The position numbers were made by a program, and so were the translations under genes. From Promethearchaeia archaeon (GTDB lineage: Archaea > Asgardarchaeota > Lokiarchaeia > Sigyniarchaeales > SOKP01), in the NCBI GenBank assembly GCA_029856125.1, contig JAHQWJ010000120.1, positions 256,758 to 320,757 of the forward strand: a stretch of 64,000 nt of DNA, read 5' to 3'. Positions 52,593 to 61,287 of the stretch are shown here, one piece after another (position 1 is the stretch's first letter; every line of letters starts with the position of its first letter). A model generated the notes under the pieces. That model saw only the letters and a list, made by a program, of their open reading frames with translations, was not told the DNA's origin and did no database searches.

Positions 52593-53681
52593 ATGAAAAT
52601 GGAATGGGAGAATAGCGATCGAGAACTTAAACCTCGTAATATCTATCAAAATGTCTTAAATAGAAATATTAACATAAGAGAAGCTTTTAGGTCATTAATC
52701 AATCTTTCACTTTATCATCTTAATCAGGAAATTAAAGCACAAGCTATTAAAATTCGAATTGATTTAGCTAAATCAAATTTAGTCTGGGAATTTGCACGAA
52801 GCAATAATAATATCGAATTATATCTTAATAATGGAGTTTACCCTTCTGATGCTCCAGTTTTAGCCTTATTAGAAATATTAATAGATTGTGAAATCTTAGG
52901 TTACGAAACTAATAATGAAGGCTATATAACTTTTTTGCCTCTTTTTGGTTCAGATAATTCTTGTGTAGGTGTTTTCCCAGAACAAATATGTGATTTAAAA
53001 TTTTTGTATGTACTGTATTTTTCACAACAGAATATTAGATCCATACCAAAGTGCGTTAAGAACTTAACCTATTTGAAAAAGCTTGATTTAAGCTATAATA
53101 ATTTAGAGAAGGTTCCGAACGAGATCCAAGAACTTAAGAATTTGACTTTTTTAGATTTAAGTTTTAATAAAATACAAGAACTCCCTACTTTCGTAAAAGA
53201 ACTTACACATCTTAACCAGCTATATTTAGCCGACGAGGAGTTAAATGTGCCCCACAGAAATGTGTTTGATTGCCTGAATGTCGCTGATCTCGAAGAAAAT
53301 CTTAGCTTAAAAGCATTGTCTGAGTTATTTGCGAAATTAGAAAAAAAGGAGCAAACTGAACGAAAAGAGCTTACTAAGAAATTTAGCGAACAAAAAGAAT
53401 TATCTGCAATTATTTACCCTCCGAGAGAAATCTTAAACACCCTTCTAAATAAACCCCGAAATTTTGAATATGTCATGCTTTGGATGCTGGGTAACAATTT
53501 CGCTTGTGGATGGCGCGATTTCAAGTCGGATCCTGTAAATATAAGTCAAGCAACTTTGTCGAAATATCTCAGCATACTCATCGCAAACAATTATGCGTAC
53601 AGGGTAAGTAAAGGATATTACATAATAACGGAATCAGGAAGAAGAAGATTAAACAAAATAGAAAGTAGTATTAAAAAATAA
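52593..53681 (+). CDS. LRR protein with C-terminal winged-helix DNA-binding domain
   Basis: LRRs (LKKLDLSYNNLEKVP, LTFLDLSFNKIQELP); C-terminal LWML...ISQATLSKYLSIL...YIITESGR MarR-like wHTH. Confidence 0.85.
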   Translation: MKMEWENSDRELKPRNIYQNVLNRNINIREAFRSLINLSLYHLNQEIKAQAIKIRIDLAKSNLVWEFARSNNNIELYLNNGVYPSDAPVLALLEILIDCEILGYETNNEGYITFLPLFGSDNSCVGVFPEQICDLKFLYVLYFSQQNIRSIPKCVKNLTYLKKLDLSYNNLEKVPNEIQELKNLTFLDLSFNKIQELPTFVKELTHLNQLYLADEELNVPHRNVFDCLNVADLEENLSLKALSELFAKLEKKEQTERKELTKKFSEQKELSAIIYPPREILNTLLNKPRNFEYVMLWMLGNNFACGWRDFKSDPVNISQATLSKYLSILIANNYAYRVSKGYYIITESGRRRLNKIESSIKK

Positions 53682-53701
53682 AGAATTAAAAAAAATCTAA
53701 T

Positions 53702-53770
53702 TTAAAATCTTAATGTGGCAAAATTATAACCCGTTGGGTTTAATATTGTTTTGCATCCTTTTCTTTTCAT
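53702..53770 (-). CDS. Micro-ORF C, 22 aa: MKRKGCKTILNPTGYNFATLRF
   Basis: CGAGGTAAAAAAAT-ATG; stop TAA followed by a T-tract; leader repeated in the neighbouring units. Confidence 0.7.
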   Translation of the reverse strand: MKRKGCKTILNPTGYNFATLRF

Positions 53771-53868
53771 ATTTTTTTACCTCGTTTTTTAATTTGGTTT
53801 TGTTTTGTGTATTATTTGTTGTTAAATTGCGAATTTTTAATTATTATAAAAAAATGTGGTAATTACAA

Positions 53869-53940
53869 TTACATGTCAAAACGGTAAGGAATATATCCCG
53901 CGTTTTTGATGATTATCGTTCTTTTCTCGTTTTTTTCCAT
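53869..53940 (-). CDS. Micro-ORF B, 23 aa: MEKNEKRTIIIKNAGYIPYRFDM
   Basis: CGAGGTAAAAAAAG-ATG; AAAACAAAACCAAA leader shared with unit C; TAA then T-tract. Confidence 0.7.
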   Translation of the reverse strand: MEKNEKRTIIIKNAGYIPYRFDM

Positions 53941-54015
53941 CTTTTTTTACCTCGCTTTTTTTTGGTTTTGTTTTAGTTTTGATTTTTGGCTTAAAATTAA
54001 TAAAAAAATATATTC

Positions 54016-54096
54016 TTAAAATTTACAGATTAAGTTTGCTTGATTAAAACCTACAACTAATCTAACATCTTCTTCTTGCTTTTCTTTTCTTCTCAT
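54016..54096 (-). CDS. Micro-ORF A, 26 aa: MRRKEKQEEDVRLVVGFNQANLICKF
   Basis: AGAGGT plus A-run before ATG; TAA then T-tract. Confidence 0.7.
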   Translation of the reverse strand: MRRKEKQEEDVRLVVGFNQANLICKF

Positions 54097-54161
54097 TTTT
54101 TTTTTACCTCTTTTCTGTTCTTTTTTTTTCCTGGTTTTTAAAATTTAAAAAAATTAATTGA

Positions 54162-54449
54162 TTAGAAATTTATCGTGGAATTGCGAGCTCCAAGAAGCTT
54201 TGCGTCTACTTGCCCCTTATACTTGTTTATGCCGACTTTCTCTTCCGAAATCCTCGCGTTATATTTAAATTTATTGAACACTCTCAAAAGCTTGTTCGAT
54301 AGTGAACTTGATTCAACCTTCGCTTCTTTGGTGGTATTAACCCGCACCTGAGGCTCTAACACCTCAGGTGCTAGGTTTTGGGCTATGGTTTGGCATTGGC
54401 ATTCCAATTGGTCTTTACAAATGGTTTTTTTTTCTATTGCTTGTGCCAT
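54162..54449 (-). CDS. Small hypothetical protein heading the micro-ORF array
   Basis: 95 aa; A-rich leader; contains VGINK and ends in ...INF; divergent from the wHTH-TPR gene. Confidence 0.7.
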   Translation of the reverse strand: MAQAIEKKTICKDQLECQCQTIAQNLAPEVLEPQVRVNTTKEAKVESSSLSNKLLRVFNKFKYNARISEEKVGINKYKGQVDAKLLGARNSTINF

Positions 54450-54540
54450 TTTTTTTCACTTTTTTTCTTTTTTTTGTTCGAGTTCTTTTTTTTATTGTTA
54501 ATTTTATTAACTTCGGGTTCTTTATTTAGTTCTTGTTTAA

Positions 54541-54565
54541 GAAGTTCGAACGAACTTCGAAGTTC
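54541..54565. promoter_or_regulatory. Overlapping palindromes, candidate operator
   Basis: GAAGTTCG-AA-CGAACTTC (54541-54558) overlaps the perfect palindrome GAACTTCGAAGTTC (54552-54565), inside the 162-bp divergent intergenic region. Confidence 0.6.
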
Positions 54566-54611
54566 AGTGCGAATAACAAACCTTAAATAGCTACGAAACC
54601 GATCTATAACT

Positions 54612-57572
54612 ATGAGTGAGGTAAAATTTCCACCTGAAGGTATAATTACACCTATGAAAATCAACAAAGATTTTGAGCATATTATACTCTGGATGCTCTA
54701 TAATAATGATGTTTGTTTATGGTCTGATTTTAAATCGGATCCTGTAAATATAAGTCAAGCAACTTTGTCGAAATATCTTTCAATCTTGATTAGTAATGGT
54801 TTTATTGAGAAGGAGATGAAGGGTAAGTATAAAATTACTCCTGAAGGTCGAAAACAATATGCCGATCTTCAAGTTAAAAATGCACTTGAAAAAACATTAA
54901 ATTATCCACCTGAAACAATAACAAATAAGAGAAATTACGATGATTGGATTCTATGGATGCTATACAATAACCACCATTGTAAATGGTCAGACTTCCTTGA
55001 GGAGCCGCTTAGAATCAACCAGTCTTCATTGTCGAAGAATTTGAATCTATTACTTGAGAAAGGTTATGTTGAAAAGGATAACCGTGAGTATCAGATTACT
55101 AATTCAGGTGAATTAGAATACTTCAATATGTTAAAGAAATACGATTTGGATCGCCAGTCGATATTAAACGAAGAGACTAAGAGAGTTGAGGTAGTTACAG
55201 ACAAGGTAGCGGAGTTTTTTAACGAATTCGATATCGAAGATAACGGGATAAAATACCGATTTTTGAATATGGTGCTTAGGTTAGATTATACTAAAGTTGA
55301 AAGCACCTTGTCTGACGAGGTAGATTTTGATAAAATTTTGCTTTATCTCGCTATTAATCACCCGGATCAATACCCTAAATACATCACGGCCAAAGATTTT
55401 GCTTTAGAATACGATATAAAGCTAACGACACTGACCTTCTTTATCGAGAAGATCGTTGAAGATAATATCTATCCGATACGCTTCTTTAAATTAAATGTAG
55501 AGGATAAGTACAATTACTACATTCAAGCAGAAGAGCGGTTAGAAAAAATGCTCAATGTAATTATCGAGGATTACATTAGGAAGTTTACATATTTGAGTAA
55601 ATTCCAGAACGCCAGTGGAGTTCAATACCAGATACCCAATATCAACGAGTTACTTGAAGATATAACTAGCGATATGTGTAGTAATTTATTCCACGACGAT
55701 TTGAAACCGGCTCTAAAAAAATTCCTTCCTGAGTATATCGAACATTTGGCATATAAATTTGAGAGCGAGAAAAGTTTGATTAACCACACGGATAAAATAA
55801 AAGGGATCGCCTTTCAAAATGTATTCGAAGTAATTCAGAGTTTTGGAACATCGGAGACGGCGAGTACGGTAAACAAACCTATAGACAACGAATCCTATTA
55901 TTTTTTGCATAATAGGATATTTGATACATTGGACATAATTTATTTCTCGAAAATAGATTTTATTCGCATGGTTGAGTTTAAAAAGGCGTATTTTTCCAAG
56001 AATGCTGAATTTTTAGCAATGATAGAGAAAAAGTTAGCGAAAGGTAACCTATCGAAAGTAAACGATTTGCTTAATGAGAATCTTAAGAATTTAAACGACG
56101 TTGAACTGATGATCCTTAAGGATTTAACTTTAACATATAACGGAGAATTAGAAGAATCGCTCGAATTAACTAAAGAAATCATTGAGAAATATCCTGACGA
56201 ATATGTAGGATATCTTTTTCAATCAGTTACGTATTTCTTGATGGGAAGATTTAAGGATGCGTTGGATGTTATTGATTTAGGATTGAACATGTCATTTAAT
56301 ATCTTGTTAATATCTCAAAAAACGCAAGTTCTCATTAATTACGATCACGATAAAGCCCAAGAACTCATTGATGAGATGATAAAAGAATATCCAGATAATT
56401 TTGCCTTAAATCGCACAAAATTCCTAGTAGGTATGACGGATTGTTGTACAAAAATTTATGACGAACCTTTTGAACTGATAAATTCACTTATAGAATTGAA
56501 TCCTGACGATTCAGACCTCTCAATAATGAAAGCGGTATTATACACGGTAACCCATAAGTATAAGGAAGCAAAAAACTGGATTAAGCAGACTGTTGAATTC
56601 AATTTACTTAAAGGTAATCCACGAGTTGACACTGCTGCGTATTTAATATTGTCATTCTCATATGTAGCTAGAGGTAAATTTGAAAAAGCTTTAGATATTG
56701 TCAGTAAGGTTAAATTCCACTATCCAAACCATCCGCTTTCTCATATTATTACTGGATTAGTTCACGGATTCAATATAGTCTACAATTTTGATGAGGGTAA
56801 AGTAAACAAAGAACTCTTTAAGAAAGAGTTCCAGAAAGCAAAAACAATGGAGCAAAGCAAGAAGAAGTTGTCCAGGTATTATCAACTGGAAAGTTATATA
56901 TTAAATGAAACAGATGGTTTTGACGAAGCAATAAAAGCAATTGATAAAGCAATTGAATTAAGTCCGGAACACTTCGATATCTATAGTACAAAAGCTCACA
57001 TATTCCTAACTTATGACGATAAGCAGAGCGAGATATTAGAGTTCTACGATGAATTATCTGAAAAATTTCCTCAGAATGATAAAGAAATTCGCCAGATGAA
57101 GTCGTTCTCTTATTATGTGTTGGGAAAAATAGAAGAAGGAGTTAAATTTCTTAAAGAAAGTATTAAAATTTACCCCGATGCGGTAGCTATGTTAAACAAC
57201 CTATCTGTATTTCTAGGTAGTTTAGGAAAAATCGATGAAGCTTTGGAGGTAATTGAAAAAACAATTGAAATAGAACCGCGTGACGCGAATTTATTCGATA
57301 CTTACGGTGAAATTCTGATGTTTGCAGAGAAATACGAAGCGGCAATAGAAAAATTTTATCAAGCATTAGAGATGAATCCAACCGGATGGTTTGCATTTCA
57401 TACATTCATAAAACTTTCAAAATGTTATAAAGGTCTAGAAATGCTTGAAGAGGCAGCTACTTGCTACGATAAAGCAAAGATTTTAACAGAAAAAGTTCTA
57501 CCAGGAAAAAGAAAGGTGTATTTAGATCAATTAGACGAGAGTGATGCGTATTTTTCCCGTGTTCCATTATAG
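54612..57572 (+). CDS. Tandem winged-helix + TPR-repeat putative transcription regulator
   Basis: Two N-terminal MarR-like wHTH repeats (ILWMLYNN..C.WSDF...ISQATLSKYL / INQSSLSKNL); C-terminal half made of TPRs (AIKAIDKAIELSP, ALEVIEKTIEIEP, AIEKFYQALEMNP). Confidence 0.9.
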   Translation: MSEVKFPPEGIITPMKINKDFEHIILWMLYNNDVCLWSDFKSDPVNISQATLSKYLSILISNGFIEKEMKGKYKITPEGRKQYADLQVKNALEKTLNYPPETITNKRNYDDWILWMLYNNHHCKWSDFLEEPLRINQSSLSKNLNLLLEKGYVEKDNREYQITNSGELEYFNMLKKYDLDRQSILNEETKRVEVVTDKVAEFFNEFDIEDNGIKYRFLNMVLRLDYTKVESTLSDEVDFDKILLYLAINHPDQYPKYITAKDFALEYDIKLTTLTFFIEKIVEDNIYPIRFFKLNVEDKYNYYIQAEERLEKMLNVIIEDYIRKFTYLSKFQNASGVQYQIPNINELLEDITSDMCSNLFHDDLKPALKKFLPEYIEHLAYKFESEKSLINHTDKIKGIAFQNVFEVIQSFGTSETASTVNKPIDNESYYFLHNRIFDTLDIIYFSKIDFIRMVEFKKAYFSKNAEFLAMIEKKLAKGNLSKVNDLLNENLKNLNDVELMILKDLTLTYNGELEESLELTKEIIEKYPDEYVGYLFQSVTYFLMGRFKDALDVIDLGLNMSFNILLISQKTQVLINYDHDKAQELIDEMIKEYPDNFALNRTKFLVGMTDCCTKIYDEPFELINSLIELNPDDSDLSIMKAVLYTVTHKYKEAKNWIKQTVEFNLLKGNPRVDTAAYLILSFSYVARGKFEKALDIVSKVKFHYPNHPLSHIITGLVHGFNIVYNFDEGKVNKELFKKEFQKAKTMEQSKKKLSRYYQLESYILNETDGFDEAIKAIDKAIELSPEHFDIYSTKAHIFLTYDDKQSEILEFYDELSEKFPQNDKEIRQMKSFSYYVLGKIEEGVKFLKESIKIYPDAVAMLNNLSVFLGSLGKIDEALEVIEKTIEIEPRDANLFDTYGEILMFAEKYEAAIEKFYQALEMNPTGWFAFHTFIKLSKCYKGLEMLEEAATCYDKAKILTEKVLPGKRKVYLDQLDESDAYFSRVPL

Positions 57573-57605
57573 AATTTTAATAGAATAAAATTATATTTCT
57601 ATTTT

Positions 57606-58736
57606 TTATTTATTATGTTCTTTAACCAGTTTTACCAATTCTGCTTTCCTATAAGAGGACAACACTTTAATATCGTTATTAATACAGTATTCTTTCAGTT
57701 GTTTTACCGTCCAAGTCTTATAATTTGATTCTGGTTCAATAAATTCTTGGGAGAGCCCTTTTTTAACGAGGCTTATAATTTGTGCTTTTCTATAAGATGC
57801 TGGCACTTTTATATTGTTCTCTTGACAATAAATTTTTAACTGTTTAACAGTCCAGGTATTGTAATCTAGTCCTTTGTCTTTTTCAACCGTCTGTTCTACA
57901 ATTTTGGGTGCTTCGAGTTTTTGGAGAATTTCTATTCCTTCAATAGTTTTAGAGGTATCATCAACATAAATTCTTAAAGTGCGATCAGTTAGTTCAATTA
58001 TTCCCTCTGGCAGCGAGTTCACCGGTCCCCACTCGACTTCTTCTACTTCTTTGCCAAATATTTTAGCTTTTTTTATTGCAGCGCCAAAAATCTGAAAATT
58101 TCCTAAGATTAGGTTTTGTCTTTTTAGATCGGCTGGAATGGTATTATTCACTATTTTATCAATTATTTCCCTTTTGTCAGTTTTGGGTGATTTAATTGCC
58201 TTTTTATGTTCTTCTTTTGTTCTTTTCGTCACAGTTTGAGGAACTGTTTGAGAAGCTTTTTTTTCTTTGAAAGAAGGAGGAGGCCCCTTCCAACTGTGAA
58301 CTCTCTTTCCGTCTAATTCTAGAGTTGTTTTTTCAGGTGTAGAATGAATTTCCTTGAACTCTTGTGAATTTCGATCAAGAAGTTCTGGTAATTCACCTGT
58401 TGTAAAATCGAATGCTCTTAAGAACTCGTTAGGTTCGTCTCCTTGGTCTACTGAGATAATTTTGCATCGATGAAAATGCGCATCCACAATCAGATCGTTT
58501 TGTAATTCAGCAGCAACTCGAGAAGCTATAAATTTTTTCCTGACGTGTGAATTGACACCTTTCCAGATGTAGATTCTCCTTAGGCCCTCCTTGACAATTA
58601 TTAACACTTGGTTAGAATCCAATATATTTTGACCGTTATTCAACCGAAAAGTATCTTCAGAAATATCTAACTTTACTTTTTCTCCTGTACTTTCTAGTCC
58701 GAAGATCATAAAGTTATCATAAATTTCAGACATCAT
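57606..58736 (-). CDS. Gelsolin-domain protein with two C-terminal SAP/HeH/Rho-N-like repeats
   Basis: LDSNQVLII...RIYIWKG..S..KKFIA...VDQGDEPNEFL gelsolin domain; twin repeats Y.TWTVKQLK.YC..N.IKV.(A/S)SYRKA. Confidence 0.85.
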   Translation of the reverse strand: MMSEIYDNFMIFGLESTGEKVKLDISEDTFRLNNGQNILDSNQVLIIVKEGLRRIYIWKGVNSHVRKKFIASRVAAELQNDLIVDAHFHRCKIISVDQGDEPNEFLRAFDFTTGELPELLDRNSQEFKEIHSTPEKTTLELDGKRVHSWKGPPPSFKEKKASQTVPQTVTKRTKEEHKKAIKSPKTDKREIIDKIVNNTIPADLKRQNLILGNFQIFGAAIKKAKIFGKEVEEVEWGPVNSLPEGIIELTDRTLRIYVDDTSKTIEGIEILQKLEAPKIVEQTVEKDKGLDYNTWTVKQLKIYCQENNIKVPASYRKAQIISLVKKGLSQEFIEPESNYKTWTVKQLKEYCINNDIKVLSSYRKAELVKLVKEHNK

Positions 58737-59035
58737 TAATTACGATTTTTTTTTTAAATTTAAAAATGAGACAACTCTTACGGATTATGAAAATCCATTC
58801 TCTTTGTAACTGAAAATAGTAATATTATATTTTTTAAATTGCTAAATAGAACATCTGGTATTAACATATAAAATTATTGAAATGAATAATTCGTAAAGTT
58901 ATTTCTACACTAATCATGCTCAAACTCGTTTTTAGTATAGTTTATTAGTCATTATCTATTTTAATCGTTAAGTTTAGGGATATTTAGTTTATTATTATCT
59001 TATTCTTCTTGAATATTGTCTAAGGTCATTAATTT

Positions 59036-60265
59036 ATGAATGAAACCAACAACAGAAAACTCTTCAAATACAAAATGTTAGCACCTTTATGGATTGCTAT
59101 ATTCATAGATGTTTTGGGATTCACGATTCTTTTCCCTCTGGTGGGATATTTCAGTGAACTCTTCACAACAACTCCAACGATGATTGGGCTTATTTTTTCT
59201 GTAAATGCGATGTTCGGTTTTGTTTTTGGGCCTATATTAGCAAAACTCAGTGATAAATATGGAAGGAGACCACTATTATTAATTTCTCAATTTGGTACAC
59301 TTTTTGCTTTTATTTTAACCGCTTTTTCTGGGAATTTATTGATGTTATTTATTGCGCGTATGATTGACGGTATGTTTGGAGGCAATTTTCCTATTGCTAA
59401 AGCTATTATTAGCGATAAAGTCCCACCCAAAGACCGAGGTATTCAAATGGCTAATGTAGGAATTGCGCACGTTTTAGCTTCATTAATTGGTCCAGCCATT
59501 GGTGGAATTTTCTTTACGTGGTTCGGACTTTTAGGGCCTGGTTTATTTGCTGCAGGGTTAACGGTTATCACGATTATCGTTACTTTTATTATGTTGGAAG
59601 AAACCTGGACAAAAGAAGATAGAGCTCAAAACCATAAAGAAAAACCTGAGATTTCAATTAAAATAAGACAGAATAAAAATGCTCTTTTCATGTTAGCTCT
59701 TTGGGCTTTTCATACAATTTCCTTCTCAATTGTTATGACCTCTCTCTCATTTTTTAGTGCCATCGTTCTACATCTCCAACCGCTTGAAATGTCTATTGTA
59801 TTTATGATATCTGGCATCTTTAGAGCAGGAGTGAGATTTACACTTTTTAAGCCTACAATAAAAAAACTTGGGGAAATAAATGCTATACGATTAGGATTGG
59901 CTATATTTTTTGTAGGATTCTTTATTTATGGTTATTCTACAAGTGTAATTTCCCTCGTAATAATTTTTATGTTTATTAGCTTTGCAGCTTCCTTAACCCG
60001 AGGTCCATTGCTTAGTAAAATTAGCCAAACAGCGTCGCCTCAGGAACAAGGCAAAATTAACGGACTTTCCTCCGCATTCGACAGCATAGCTCAGATAATA
60101 GGACCCCTTATTGGACCTTTTATACTTGACACGCTTCCACCGTACTGGTTAGGGATAGTAGTTTCATTAATCGCGTTACCAGCGCTTCTAATGTCTACGA
60201 GAAAAATAGAGAAAAAGAAATTTAATCATTCAAAGAATGCTTTAAATCATTCTAAAAAAAAATAG
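59036..60265 (+). CDS. MFS transporter (TetA/DHA1-like)
   Basis: FIDVLGFTILFP, LSDKYGRRPLL, ARMIDG, GPAIGG. Confidence 0.92.
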   Translation: MNETNNRKLFKYKMLAPLWIAIFIDVLGFTILFPLVGYFSELFTTTPTMIGLIFSVNAMFGFVFGPILAKLSDKYGRRPLLLISQFGTLFAFILTAFSGNLLMLFIARMIDGMFGGNFPIAKAIISDKVPPKDRGIQMANVGIAHVLASLIGPAIGGIFFTWFGLLGPGLFAAGLTVITIIVTFIMLEETWTKEDRAQNHKEKPEISIKIRQNKNALFMLALWAFHTISFSIVMTSLSFFSAIVLHLQPLEMSIVFMISGIFRAGVRFTLFKPTIKKLGEINAIRLGLAIFFVGFFIYGYSTSVISLVIIFMFISFAASLTRGPLLSKISQTASPQEQGKINGLSSAFDSIAQIIGPLIGPFILDTLPPYWLGIVVSLIALPALLMSTRKIEKKKFNHSKNALNHSKKK

Positions 60266-60279
60266 AAAAAGTAAGAATT

Positions 60280-61128
60280 TTACTCGTTTAAGAAATCAAT
60301 TATTGTTTGATTTACTTCTGGGGCTTTCGAGAGAGGGCTGCTATGACCCGCTTTTTCCATAACCACTATTTTACTATTAGGTATTTTTTCGTGAATCTGT
60401 TCCATTGATAATTTTGGAATTAACCTATCGTGAGAAGCAGTAAGTATTAGCGTTGGATTTTTTATGGTATCTAATCTATTGAATGTGTTGTGGGTTTTTA
60501 ATGCTTCAGCTTGCATATTAATATCTTTAGCTGTAGGGGGGTTGATTGTACTCTCTTTTATCAATATTTCTGCGGACCATACACCATACCACATTTTTGA
60601 AGGGGCTGCTTCCATCTGTTTCCTAAATTTCAGATGAAAGCTTGTACGGGTTCCCGACCACCAAGCTTTAGCGTGGTCCTCTTTTTTCATTTCTAGGTCG
60701 TTTAGCCGCATATTTTTATATACTTCTGGGCCACTCTCGTCAGGGAAGCCATGATTAGTGTTAATTAATATCATTTTATTTACTCTTTCTGGATACTTCA
60801 AAACGAAATTCTGCACGATCATTCCACCGAGGCTCCAACCTGCTATATTGGCTTTTTCAATTCCAAGATACTCCATAAGACCGTTGATATCATCTGCGAA
60901 AATTTCCATTGTATATTTTCCATTAGGTCTATCTGACTTTCCTGCTCCACGATTATCTAATCTTATAACTTTAAAATGTTTTGATAAATCGGGTATTTGA
61001 GCAATCCAGTTTTCCTTTTTAGCTCCAAATCCATGAATTAAAAATAAAGGGTAGCCATCTCCAAAGACTTCATAGCATAACTTAACTCCATTAACATCTG
61101 CATATTGTTCTGTCATTTCTAAACACAA
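60280..61128 (-). CDS. Alpha/beta hydrolase
   Basis: LIHGFG, DNRGAGKS, GWSLGG, D (HDRLIP), H (AGHS). Confidence 0.92.
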   Translation of the reverse strand: MCLEMTEQYADVNGVKLCYEVFGDGYPLFLIHGFGAKKENWIAQIPDLSKHFKVIRLDNRGAGKSDRPNGKYTMEIFADDINGLMEYLGIEKANIAGWSLGGMIVQNFVLKYPERVNKMILINTNHGFPDESGPEVYKNMRLNDLEMKKEDHAKAWWSGTRTSFHLKFRKQMEAAPSKMWYGVWSAEILIKESTINPPTAKDINMQAEALKTHNTFNRLDTIKNPTLILTASHDRLIPKLSMEQIHEKIPNSKIVVMEKAGHSSPLSKAPEVNQTIIDFLNE

Positions 61129-61287
61129 TAAACTTATTATTTATTTAGATTAACAAGGATTTAGTTTTATTTAAGATTTCTTCTTCACTAAAATAAGGAA
61201 ACATAATTTACTCAATCATGATAAAAAAATTTTAAAAACAATTCTACTTTAGAATCTTTACTTCTAATATGTTAAATAATTAAGTAA

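Noticed and set aside
54016-54027. C-terminal CKF as a PTS1-like (Pex5 TPR) signal
   Set aside because: Only one of four peptides fits loosely, and no similarity to Pex5 can be shown beyond generic TPRs.
53700-54160. Repeated units read as a CRISPR array
   Set aside because: The repeats are degenerate SD/leader sequences with ~160-bp period, and no cas genes are present.
54541-54565. Eukaryotic heat-shock element
   Set aside because: Spacing is GAA-N-TTC, not GAA-NN-TTC.
54378-54667. Track ORFs 54378-54590 (+) and 54434-54667 (-)
   Set aside because: Low-complexity translations of the A/T-rich divergent promoter that overlap better-supported genes.
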